From Candidatus Nanopelagicales bacterium (GTDB taxonomy: Bacteria > Actinomycetota > Actinomycetes > S36-B12 > UBA5976), in assembly GCA_018402365.1 (NCBI GenBank), contig JAGYJD010000005.1, positions 11,123-75,122 of the forward strand: 64,000 nt of DNA, in the 5' to 3' direction. Positions within the stretch are counted from its first letter, which is position 1; the number at the start of each line of letters is the position of its first letter. The position numbers were made by a program, and so were the translations under genes. The notes below the pieces were generated by a model that saw nothing but the letters and a program-made list of their open reading frames with translations, was not told the DNA's origin and ran no database searches. Shown one piece after another: positions 1-8,770 of this stretch.

Positions 1-689
1 GCAGCGAAAATGATGTCAGCACCTTGATCTAATTGCTTACGAGCTTCTTGTCCACCCCAAACTGGATTAGCAAAAGCATTATCCGCTGGTGGGTGGTAAA
101 CAGTTGTTACATCAACTGCTGAATTTGAAGCTTTTGCACCGGCTTCAAAACCTTTAGCAAACAATTGAACTGGAGCAATTTCTAAACCTAGAACTTGTCC
201 GAGTTTGTTTGTTTTGGTCATGAGTCCAGCTAAGTAACCTGCGGCGTATCCTGCTTGATCTTCTGGGAACATCAGACCGGTTACGTTAGGCAAAGTTTCG
301 CCTTGGAATTGATCCACCGCGATAAAGTGCACATCAGGGTATTGCTGGGCAGCGGCAACAGTTGCTTCAGCCATCAAGAAACCTACCGTGACGATTGCGT
401 CGTAGCTTTTATCAGTAAATTGCGCAATGTTATTTGCATAATCTTTGCTATCTACTGTTTCTACATACTTAGCAACTCCACCCAACTCTTCAGCTGCGGC
501 AAGTGCGCCTTCCCAAGCTGATTGGTTGAAGGACTTATCGTCAACTTTTCCAGTATCAGTGATTAAACCGATACAAAATACTTCAGCGTCAGCACAGTTT
601 GAATCATCTGCTTGATCCGCACCAGTACTACAAGCCGCTAGTACTAAAGCAAGAATTGAAATTCCTGCCGCGATACGTATGCGTCGCAT
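1..689 (-). CDS. BMP-family (PnrA/Med-like) nucleoside ABC-transporter substrate-binding lipoprotein; C-terminal part runs off the window
   Basis: Absent from the ORF track because it is open to the window edge. My minus-strand translation from ATG 689-687 gives MRRIRIAAGISILALVLAACSTGADQ (signal peptide plus lipobox LAAC), then CIGLITDTGKVDDKSFNQSAWEG, a typical BMP N-terminus. GAAGGAGAA RBS upstream. Confidence 0.8.
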   Translation of the reverse strand, partial: MRRIRIAAGISILALVLAACSTGADQADDSNCADAEVFCIGLITDTGKVDDKSFNQSAWEGALAAAEELGGVAKYVETVDSKDYANNIAQFTDKSYDAIVTVGFLMAEATVAAAQQYPDVHFIAVDQFQGETLPNVTGLMFPEDQAGYAAGYLAGLMTKTNKLGQVLGLEIAPVQLFAKGFEAGAKASNSAVDVTTVYHPPADNAFANPVWGGQEARKQLDQGADIIFA

Positions 690-848
690 TTATAAGTTCT
701 CCTTCTTTTATCCAGTTTCGATTTGAAGCGGGATATCTTAACTAATTACTGAAGGAAACATTACGCCTAAATTCGCACTTATTTGTTAACGGCAGGTCAA
801 ATTAAATCGTTGTGACAATCTTGTGATGTTACCTTTGTGACGAATGGT

Positions 849-2117
849 TCAGACGATACGTTCGAGCACTAATTTGCGAGGTTCTACCGGAGCTGGTGCA
901 ATTTGCGCGGCACCCACTAAAGCTTGCTCCGCGACTTGAAAACGTGATGGATCATCCACATGAATTTCAAAAATATTTTGACCCGCTTCTACTCTGTCCC
1001 CTTCTTTGACTAAACAAACAATTCCTGCAGTTTTGCTCACTTGATCTTCTTTTTTAGATCTGCCAGCACCCAAATGCCAAGCACTAAGTCCAACTTTCAA
1101 GGCATCTAAGTCAACTACGAAACCTGACTTATCAGCTACGAAATGTCTTATGTCTGTTGCCACCGGAACTTGATTTGTTAAATCCCCTCCTTGGGCTTTA
1201 ACCATTTGTTCCCACACATTTAAAGCCGCCCCATTATCGATGACCTCTTGTGGGTTTTTTTCTATTCCTGCTAACGACAACATTTCTTTTGCTAAAGTTA
1301 AAGTTAATTCTGTTAAATCTTTTGGACCTGTGCCTTTTAACACTTGGATTGACTCAGAGACTTCTAGCGCATTCCCCACCGCATTACCTAGCGGAGTATT
1401 CATTTGCGTTAGTAACGCAACGGTTTTTACCCCAGCATTGTTGCCAATTTTTACCATAGTTTCGGCCAATTCACGCGCCTGGGAAATATCCTTCATAAAG
1501 GCACCGCGACCAACTTTTACATCTAAAACTAAATTCGCTGTTCCTTCGGCGATTTTTTTGCTCATAATTGATGACGAAAGAAATGGAATGGATTCTACAC
1601 AACCAATAACGTCGCGAAAGGAATACATTTTGCGATCTGCTGGAACTAACTTGTCACCAGGTTGTGCGATAAATCCACCAATTTCATTTAATTGCTTTAT
1701 TAAATCTTGATTTGAAAGTTGCGCCTTCCAGCCAGTAATTGATTCCATTTTGTCGATTGTGCCACCGAAAGTTCCTAATCCTCTTCCACCTAATTGCGGC
1801 ACTGCTGCTCCACAAGCAGCCACGATCGGAACCAACGGCAATGAAATTTTGTCGCCCACCCCACCGGTGGAATGCTTATCTACGGTGGGTTTTAAAACTT
1901 GGCTTAAATCTAATCTTTCGCCCGAATCAATCATGGCTTTTACCCAGACATCTAATTCAGTTTCTTTCAGCCCGTTAAAAAATATCGCCATTAGCAAGGC
2001 ACCGGCTTGTTCATCTGGAATTTCATTTTTCGTGAACTTATCGATAAACCACTCAATTTGCTCTTTTGTGAGGCTTTTTTTATCACGTTTGGTAACAATG
2101 ATTTCAATCATGTTCAT
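849..2117 (-). CDS. deoA: thymidine/pyrimidine-nucleoside phosphorylase
   Basis: KHSTGGVGDK and SGRGLGxTGGTxDK-type motifs, full length about 420 aa. Start placed at MNMIEI (2117), which gives an ATGA overlap with the upstream SDR stop; the ORF maximum is 2129. Confidence 0.9.
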   Translation of the reverse strand: MNMIEIIVTKRDKKSLTKEQIEWFIDKFTKNEIPDEQAGALLMAIFFNGLKETELDVWVKAMIDSGERLDLSQVLKPTVDKHSTGGVGDKISLPLVPIVAACGAAVPQLGGRGLGTFGGTIDKMESITGWKAQLSNQDLIKQLNEIGGFIAQPGDKLVPADRKMYSFRDVIGCVESIPFLSSSIMSKKIAEGTANLVLDVKVGRGAFMKDISQARELAETMVKIGNNAGVKTVALLTQMNTPLGNAVGNALEVSESIQVLKGTGPKDLTELTLTLAKEMLSLAGIEKNPQEVIDNGAALNVWEQMVKAQGGDLTNQVPVATDIRHFVADKSGFVVDLDALKVGLSAWHLGAGRSKKEDQVSKTAGIVCLVKEGDRVEAGQNIFEIHVDDPSRFQVAEQALVGAAQIAPAPVEPRKLVLERIV

Positions 2118-2872
2118 CCGATTAACCACCCTGCATCTACCGTTAATATTTCACCAGTAATACCACTTGCACTTTCAGAAGCTAAGAATCTAACTGCGCT
2201 AGCAACTTCTTGCGCCTTAACGGGTCTAGCTAAAACGCTACGCTGGTTCCAAGCGCTTAAACCTTGGGGCCAATCTATTTCTAAATTCTCTCTGTCAATT
2301 AAACCGGATCTAACTGCATTAACTCGGATGCCACCTTTGGCAAATTCTTTAGCACTTGCTTTAGTAAAAGCTTCTAAGCCGGCTTTTGCGGCTGCGTAAT
2401 GAGAATGGTTCATAAACGGCGCTATTGCCTCTACTGATGAGATATTTATTATAGAACTGCTCGGCAGCATTTCACCGCTAGCGGCACGTGAGAGTGCTAC
2501 CGCTGAGCGCAGCGTGGCATTTTGCATAGCACTCCAATCCTCGCTATCCATCTCATTTATAGAAGAAAGAATTTGGTCAGCTGCATTATTAACTAAAATT
2601 GTAATGTCACCTAATTTGAATTTAACTTCTTTAATCAAGGCCTTACTAACTTCATCCACTTGGTCGGTTGAAAGATCAGCTTGAAAAACATGATGCGGAC
2701 CCGAATTTGCTGGTAAATGTTTGGCTGTCTCAAGCGCACCAGCTTCATCGCGAAAATAATGCACCGCCACACTGGCCCCCGCTGATGCTAATTCTTTAGC
2801 GAGCTCCCGACCCAAACCACCGCTGGCACCAGTTACCAGCGCTACGTGATTACTTAAATCAGCAAAGCTCAT
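2114..2872 (-). CDS. short-chain dehydrogenase/reductase (SDR) family oxidoreductase
   Basis: TGASGGLGRE cofactor motif, NISS plus YAAAK catalytic motif, 252 aa. Translationally coupled on both sides. Confidence 0.85.
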   Translation of the reverse strand: MSFADLSNHVALVTGASGGLGRELAKELASAGASVAVHYFRDEAGALETAKHLPANSGPHHVFQADLSTDQVDEVSKALIKEVKFKLGDITILVNNAADQILSSINEMDSEDWSAMQNATLRSAVALSRAASGEMLPSSSIINISSVEAIAPFMNHSHYAAAKAGLEAFTKASAKEFAKGGIRVNAVRSGLIDRENLEIDWPQGLSAWNQRSVLARPVKAQEVASAVRFLASESASGITGEILTVDAGWLIG

Positions 2873-4164
2873 GTTTGATTCACTTTTTCTTTAGCGGTTT
2901 TCATAACTTCTTCAATTTTAACTTTAGTACTTTTTCTATCTTTAATCACAAGTTCACCGTCGACTATCACATGTTTGACATCACTTCTGCCAGCCGCATA
3001 AACCACCAAGGCCACCGGATCTCTCATTGGCGTCAGATGCGGTGCGTTTAAATCCAACATTATTAAATCGGCATATTTACCAACCTCGATAGAACCGAGC
3101 TCCTCACCCATTCCGATCGCCTTGGCCCCACCTTGCGTCGCGGCATAAATAATTTCGTCAACTGAAATTGCTTTGGGATCTGATTGCATCAGCTTTGCCA
3201 AGTTGGCAGCTAACCGCATGACGTTGAACATGTCTAAATCATTACTGCTGGAACAACCGTCGGTGCCCAAAGTTACATTAATTTGCGCTTTACGACTTGC
3301 CTGCCAATCAAATGCCCCACTCGCTAACTTCAGATTACTGCCGGGGCAGTGTGCCAAAGCAGCATTCTGCGTTTTAATCAGCGCCAAATCACCTTCGGTC
3401 AAGTGCACACTGTGACCTAATAGTGAATTTTTTAAGTTACCGCTATCAGCCAAAATTTGGGTGGGAGTTGCTTGAAAACGATTTAGCACATCTTCATTTT
3501 CTGCAAGGTTTTCAGAAACGTGGGTATGGATCCGGGCCTGAATCTTTTGAGCGATTTGAGAAATCTCTGCTAACTTTTCGGGCGAAACTGTATAAGTAGA
3601 GTGCGGCATCAAATACAGCGGAACTTTAGGCCCGCCAATCTCTTTAACCACTGCTGGCCAAACTTTTGCTTCGCTTATTCGCTCATCCCATTGCTTGTGA
3701 TCAGGCCCCGGAAACTCAAAAAATACCGGGCCATTGATGTGCCGCAAACCAACGTCTACTGCCCCTTGGTGAGTTTCACGCGGGTGCAGATACATATCAA
3801 CCGCGCAAGTTGTTCCAGACAGCAAAGCTTCTAAGGCACCAAGTCTGGCGCCAACTCGACAACCCTCAGCGTCCATAATGCGAGCTTCTTCCGCCCAAAC
3901 CTTTTCTAAAAACCCCTGCAGGTCAACATCCTCGGCCACACCCCTTAGTAACGTCATTGGTAAATGCGTATGGGTATTTATTAACCCAGGCATAACTAAT
4001 AGATCTGTCGCGTCAATTACTTCACTTGCGGTGCTCGTGGGCTGATGATTTTGAATTTGAACGATTTTATTTTTATCAATAAAAATATCTTGCGATTTTA
4101 AAATGGTTGCCTTGCTATCTACTGTAATTACGAAACTAGCGTTTTTTATTAATAAATCACTCAT
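2869..4164 (-). CDS. amidohydrolase, 5'-methylthioadenosine/S-adenosylhomocysteine (or nucleoside/base) deaminase family
   Basis: GLINTHTHLPMTLLRG metal-binding HxH motif, HxxH...TDG...D layout of MtaD/SsnA/guanine-deaminase-type amidohydrolases, 431 aa. Confidence 0.7.
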   Translation of the reverse strand: MSDLLIKNASFVITVDSKATILKSQDIFIDKNKIVQIQNHQPTSTASEVIDATDLLVMPGLINTHTHLPMTLLRGVAEDVDLQGFLEKVWAEEARIMDAEGCRVGARLGALEALLSGTTCAVDMYLHPRETHQGAVDVGLRHINGPVFFEFPGPDHKQWDERISEAKVWPAVVKEIGGPKVPLYLMPHSTYTVSPEKLAEISQIAQKIQARIHTHVSENLAENEDVLNRFQATPTQILADSGNLKNSLLGHSVHLTEGDLALIKTQNAALAHCPGSNLKLASGAFDWQASRKAQINVTLGTDGCSSSNDLDMFNVMRLAANLAKLMQSDPKAISVDEIIYAATQGGAKAIGMGEELGSIEVGKYADLIMLDLNAPHLTPMRDPVALVVYAAGRSDVKHVIVDGELVIKDRKSTKVKIEEVMKTAKEKVNQT

Positions 4165-4901
4165 TTACTACCTAATAACTTGATCGTTTCATCCAAAATC
4201 TTAATTACCTTTGCACCTGATTCTTTTATAATTGAATTTATTTCGTCGATAGTTATTACTGCCTCACTAAGCCCTGCGGCTGGATTAACTACCAAACTCA
4301 AAGCGGCATACCGTAGGCCCTTTTCGCAAGCCAAGGTAACTTCAGGCACGCCAGTCATGCCCACCACAGTTCCACCCAAAATCGAAGTCATTTTTATTTC
4401 GGCAGCACTTTCAAATCTGGGACCATCAAAGCAAGCGTAAACTCCACCGGTAAACACTTCAATGTTCACATTTTTTGCAGCTTGCTTTATCAGCTCGCGC
4501 AAATCTTTGTTATAAGCATTGGTTACTTCAGTATGAATCACTCCGTCTTGCCCATCGTAAAAAGTTGAGACACGATTTTTAGTGAAATCTAAAAAATCTT
4601 CTAAAATCTGCAATCCGCCCATAGGGATTTTTGGATCGACGCCCCCCACCACATTTACTGCCAGCACATCTTGTACACCAAAATCAACCAAGGCTTGAAT
4701 GTTGGCACGATAATTAACTTTGTGTGGTGGTAGCGAATGATCAGCTCCATGCCGAGTTAAAAAATAAACTTCTCGATTGTTCCAAGTACCATAAAAAGCT
4801 TTTGCCTTGCCAAATTCAGTCGAAACGACTTTTTCTTCAGGGTTTTCAAGATGATCAATTGAGTAAAACCCAGTGCCTGCAATTATCCCAATCGGCTTCA
4901 A
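4161..4901 (-). CDS. MTAP-family purine nucleoside phosphorylase (methylthioadenosine or methylthioinosine phosphorylase)
   Basis: N-terminal IGIIAGTGFY, FLxRHG, YRANIxAL and GMTxxPE motifs typical of trimeric MTAP/PNP-1 enzymes, 246 aa. Confidence 0.8.
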   Translation of the reverse strand: MKPIGIIAGTGFYSIDHLENPEEKVVSTEFGKAKAFYGTWNNREVYFLTRHGADHSLPPHKVNYRANIQALVDFGVQDVLAVNVVGGVDPKIPMGGLQILEDFLDFTKNRVSTFYDGQDGVIHTEVTNAYNKDLRELIKQAAKNVNIEVFTGGVYACFDGPRFESAAEIKMTSILGGTVVGMTGVPEVTLACEKGLRYAALSLVVNPAAGLSEAVITIDEINSIIKESGAKVIKILDETIKLLGSK

Positions 4902-5290
4902 ACTAAATCCGTTCGATCAAAAGCGTAAGGAAATATCTCATTTAAAGTTTTTATTCCCGCTGCATGATCTATCAATAGTTCTGCTGCAGCATGTTCTTGC
5001 AGTAATTGGCGACACCTGCCACAAGGCATCAAGCGATCATCTTGCTCTCCGGTGCAAGTGAAGGCCACTAAGCGTCCACCGCCCGACTTTATTAATTCTG
5101 AAATCAATCCGCACTCAGCGCAGAGCGTGATGCCATAAGAAGCGTTCTCAACATTGCAGCCGCTAACTATTCGTCCGTCATCAACTAAGGCCGCCGCCCC
5201 AACTGGAAACTTTGAGTAGGGCGCATAAGCGCGTTCCATCGCTTTTTTGGCTTCACTTCTTAATAGTGACCAATTAATATCTACCGCCAT
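4898..5290 (-). CDS. cdd: cytidine deaminase
   Basis: CAECG...PCGRCRQ zinc-binding motifs. Start set at MAVDINW (5290) because the longer ORF (to 5356) would overlap the divergent gene at 5348. Confidence 0.85.
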   Translation of the reverse strand: MAVDINWSLLRSEAKKAMERAYAPYSKFPVGAAALVDDGRIVSGCNVENASYGITLCAECGLISELIKSGGGRLVAFTCTGEQDDRLMPCGRCRQLLQEHAAAELLIDHAAGIKTLNEIFPYAFDRTDLV

Positions 5291-5347
5291 GGAATGTAGA
5301 TTACGCCTGCTTCTGCCTAACTTGGGTTTTAGAGGCAGAATAGCGTT

Positions 5348-6328
5348 ATGAATCAACTCGAAACTGACCTTTTAATTGTTGGCGCCGGCCCCTCAGGTAT
5401 CTATGCCGCCTACTACGCAGGATTTCGCGGGCTTTCTACCGTGGTGATGGATAGCTTGGAAGAAGCCGGCGGACAAATCACTGCCATGTACCCCGAAAAA
5501 TTGATTTTTGACGTGGCTGGGTTTCCTGGCATCAAAGGTAAGGATTTAATAAAAAATCTAATGCAACAAGCTGGGGTATTTAACCCCACATTTGTGTTAG
5601 ATGAGACCGCCTCTGAGTTAATAAAACATTCAGATGGAACTTTTACGGTAAAAAGTGAAAATCATGAAATTTTAGCGAAAGCCATCATCATTACTGGTGG
5701 AATCGGTAAGTTCACACCCCGTCCTTTGCCAGCGGCAGCTGATTGGCACGGTAAAGGTGCGGTTCACTTTGTGCCACATTTTGAATTGCATAAAGATGAG
5801 GACATAGTGATTGTGGGTGGTGGTGACTCGGCTTTTGACTGGGCGCTAGCACTACATCCAATCGCAAAAAGCGTTTCGTTAGTACATCGACGAGATGCTT
5901 TTAGAGCTCACGAAGCGTCAGTAGCCCAGGTGAAAGAACTGGGCGTCAAATTTTATTTAGAGAGCGAAGTTAGTGAAGTTTTTGGCGACGAAAAAATTAA
6001 ACAAGTAGCCATAAAAAACATAAAAAGTGATGAAGTAACCACCATTGCAGCTGACACTTTAGTTGCGGCATTAGGTTTCACTGCCAATATTGGACCTTTG
6101 GTGGAATGGGGTTTGGAATTAGAAAAACGTCGAATTGTGGTGGATACCTCAATGATGACCAATATTGACAAAATTTTTGCTGCTGGTGATATTTCTACTT
6201 ACCCAGGCAAGGTGGCTCTAATCTCAGTTGGCTTTGGTGAAGCTGCTACCGCTGTTAATAACGCTGCCGTTGCGATAAACCCAAGTGCTCATTTGTTCCC
6301 TGGACACTCAACTGGAAGCGTTGATTAA
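5348..6328 (+). CDS. ferredoxin-NADP(+) reductase, thioredoxin-reductase-like type (YumC/FNR2 family)
   Basis: DLLIVGAGPSGIYAAYYAGFRG FAD motif, GGQITAMYPEKxIFDVAGFP signature, second GGGDSAxDWA NAD(P) motif, no CxxC redox site. Confidence 0.8.
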   Translation: MNQLETDLLIVGAGPSGIYAAYYAGFRGLSTVVMDSLEEAGGQITAMYPEKLIFDVAGFPGIKGKDLIKNLMQQAGVFNPTFVLDETASELIKHSDGTFTVKSENHEILAKAIIITGGIGKFTPRPLPAAADWHGKGAVHFVPHFELHKDEDIVIVGGGDSAFDWALALHPIAKSVSLVHRRDAFRAHEASVAQVKELGVKFYLESEVSEVFGDEKIKQVAIKNIKSDEVTTIAADTLVAALGFTANIGPLVEWGLELEKRRIVVDTSMMTNIDKIFAAGDISTYPGKVALISVGFGEAATAVNNAAVAINPSAHLFPGHSTGSVD

Positions 6329-8392
6329 CTACATATCGATTCGAGAGTGATCTAGCTTTTCTGCGCCATGCACAATGAATTCTTTTCTTGGCGCCACATC
6401 AGAGCCCATCAATAAGTCAAAGACCTCACCCACATTATCGATATCACTTACTGTGATGCGTCGTAACGTTCTAGAGCTGCGATCCATCGTGGTATCTCTG
6501 AGTTGTTTGGCGTCCATTTCGCCCAAACCTTTATAGCGCTGAATTGGCTGCTTGATTTTGCCACCAGATTTTTCAATATCTTTAACTACCCGAGTCATTT
6601 CTTCATCACTATAGGTATAAATCACTTCATTGGGCTTTTTGCCGTGTCCAATTACTTCAATTCGGTGCAAGGGTGGAACCGCCGCAAAAACTCTTCCTTC
6701 ATCAAGTAGCGGACGCATGTACTTATGAAACAAAGTCAGTAGCAAAGTTCTAATATGCGCGCCATCTACGTCGGCGTCACTCATCAGAATGATTTTGCTA
6801 TAACGCACGCTTTCTAAATCAAAAGTTCTTCCAGAGCCACCACCGATCACTGAAATGATAGAGGTGCACTCATTATTTTTTAACACATCAGCAATAGAAG
6901 CTTTTTGTACATTTAATATTTTTCCGCGAATTGGTAGCAAGGCCTGAAATTCACTGTTGCGAGCAAGTTTGGCAGTACCCAGCGCACTATCGCCCTCAAC
7001 AATAAAGAGTTCGGAATTCTCAACTTCGTTAGTGCGACAATCCGCCAACTTGGCTGGCAAAGATGATGATTCAATCGCGTTTTTACGTCGTTGCACATCG
7101 CGCGAAGCTCTAGCAGCAATGCGGGCACGTGCTGCGTTGGCAATTTTTTCTAAAAGTAATTTAGTTTTTGCCTTATCGCCGCGCGGGGGGTTTTTAAACC
7201 ACTCATTCATTTCTTTGGTTACCACATTGGCCACGATTTTGGCAGCCTCAGGGGTTCCTAAGATTTCTTTGGTTTGACCTTCAAATTGTGGCTCAGGTAA
7301 GCGCACGCTAACTATCGCCACTAACCCTTCCATCAAATCATCTTTAGTAACGCTGTCTTCTGAAGGCTTAAGTATTTTTTGGCTTTTAAGTTGATCGTTA
7401 ATTACTTTGACAATCGCACGTTCAAAACCAGTTACGTGGGTTCCCCCTTTTGGAGTTGCCACTACGTTCACAAAGGATTTCATTTCGGTGTCATAACCAT
7501 TACCCCAGCGCAAGGCAATGTCTACTGACATTTCGCGCTCTAATTCACGCGGCACCATATGTCCCTCGTCGTCAAGTACCGGAACATTTTCCACAAAATT
7601 TCCAGTGCCCACTAAACGGATAATGCTGGTGATGGCCTCATCGTTTGCTAAGTGCTCAACAAACTCGGCAATGCCACCTTTAAATTTATAAGTTACTTCT
7701 GTTGGCTCAGCATCGCGTAAATCTTTAACACTTACGCTCAATCCTGGCACCAAAAATGCGGTTTGCCGGGCCCGCTGCATTAAGGCTGCCGCATCAAGAT
7801 GCAAGTCCTTTACAAAAATTTCTGGATCTGGCCAGAATCTAACTCGGGTTCCGGTGTGATACTCACTTTTAGTTTTTCTAACCGGCTTTAAGCTGCCGCC
7901 CTTGGTAAAGGTGGCGTTAGCACCGGGTTTATTCCAAGTTCCGGTATGGCCCCGCTTAAAGCTAATGGCGTGAGTTTTACCGCCCCGATCTACTTCTACA
8001 TCCATCCGCACACTCAGCGCGTTTACTACTGAGGCACCTACTCCGTGTAAACCACCAGAGGCTGTGTAGGAGCCAGAGCCAAACTTTCCGCCAGCGTGTA
8101 ATTTGGTCATAACTAACTCAACACCGCTTAACTTTGACTTTGGTTCAATGTCCACCGGAATACCGCGACCGTCGTCCTCAACTAAAACCGAACCGTCGTC
8201 ATGCAATAAAACCGAAATATTTTTAGCTTGACCCGCTAAAGCCTCATCTACCGCGTTATCGATCAACTCCCACACGCAGTGCATCAAGCCACGGCCGTCG
8301 GTAGAGCCGATATACATACCTGGGCGTTTGCGAACGGCGTCTAAACCCTCGAGAACCGATAAATCTTTTGCGTCGTAAGAGGCCTTGGCCAA
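6329..8392 (-). CDS. parE: type IIA DNA topoisomerase subunit B (gyrB-like; the actinobacterial ParE/topo IV-B paralog, judged by position next to the principal sigma factor)
   Basis: GHKL ATPase motifs (ELIDNAVDE, DDGRGIP, GGLHGVG), Toprim EGDSA and PIRGKILNV. 687 aa with no long GyrB insertion. The assignment to ParE rather than GyrB is inferred from synteny. Confidence 0.75.
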   Translation of the reverse strand: MAKASYDAKDLSVLEGLDAVRKRPGMYIGSTDGRGLMHCVWELIDNAVDEALAGQAKNISVLLHDDGSVLVEDDGRGIPVDIEPKSKLSGVELVMTKLHAGGKFGSGSYTASGGLHGVGASVVNALSVRMDVEVDRGGKTHAISFKRGHTGTWNKPGANATFTKGGSLKPVRKTKSEYHTGTRVRFWPDPEIFVKDLHLDAAALMQRARQTAFLVPGLSVSVKDLRDAEPTEVTYKFKGGIAEFVEHLANDEAITSIIRLVGTGNFVENVPVLDDEGHMVPRELEREMSVDIALRWGNGYDTEMKSFVNVVATPKGGTHVTGFERAIVKVINDQLKSQKILKPSEDSVTKDDLMEGLVAIVSVRLPEPQFEGQTKEILGTPEAAKIVANVVTKEMNEWFKNPPRGDKAKTKLLLEKIANAARARIAARASRDVQRRKNAIESSSLPAKLADCRTNEVENSELFIVEGDSALGTAKLARNSEFQALLPIRGKILNVQKASIADVLKNNECTSIISVIGGGSGRTFDLESVRYSKIILMSDADVDGAHIRTLLLTLFHKYMRPLLDEGRVFAAVPPLHRIEVIGHGKKPNEVIYTYSDEEMTRVVKDIEKSGGKIKQPIQRYKGLGEMDAKQLRDTTMDRSSRTLRRITVSDIDNVGEVFDLLMGSDVAPRKEFIVHGAEKLDHSRIDM

Positions 8393-8566
8393 AATTGTCT
8401 TCCTAACCTGTCTTTTTACCTATTATTCGCTACTTTTCACCATGGAATAGATTAGGCACGCAGTAGGTTGTAAGTAATGCATATCACCGACACTCCCCCT
8501 CGGTTACGAGTTGCGAGGCGGGTAAATGTAAGGATGATGTACTTATACCAAGGAGAGGCTTGAAAA

Positions 8567-8767
8567 GTGAACACATTGACGCAAGGCACTAAGTTAACCG
8601 CCAGCGATCGCTGTGACCGTTGTGGAGCCCAAGGCTATGTAAAGGTCACCTTGGCAAGTGGTGGCACCCTAATTTTCTGTGGACACCATGCCCGCAAGCA
8701 CGAAGAAAAGCTTCGCTCAATCGCTACTGAATATGTAGACGAAACCGAAAAGCTTTCTAAGAATTAA
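8567..8767 (+). CDS. small conserved Cys/His (zinc-ribbon-like) protein
   Basis: 66 aa, GTG start preceded by AAGGAGAG. CDRCGAQ...FCGHH pattern. This kind of small gene is commonly found beside sigA/hrdB in Actinobacteria. Confidence 0.6.
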   Translation: MNTLTQGTKLTASDRCDRCGAQGYVKVTLASGGTLIFCGHHARKHEEKLRSIATEYVDETEKLSKN

Positions 8768-8770
8768 TTT

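Noticed and set aside
255-521. 88-aa plus-strand ORF at the window start
   Set aside because: It is antisense to the BMP lipoprotein gene, which has a signal peptide, a lipobox, an RBS and family motifs.
1240-2399. Plus-strand ORFs 1240..1710, 1750..2160 and 2007..2399
   Set aside because: They are antisense to the well-supported deoA and SDR genes and show no recognisable motifs.
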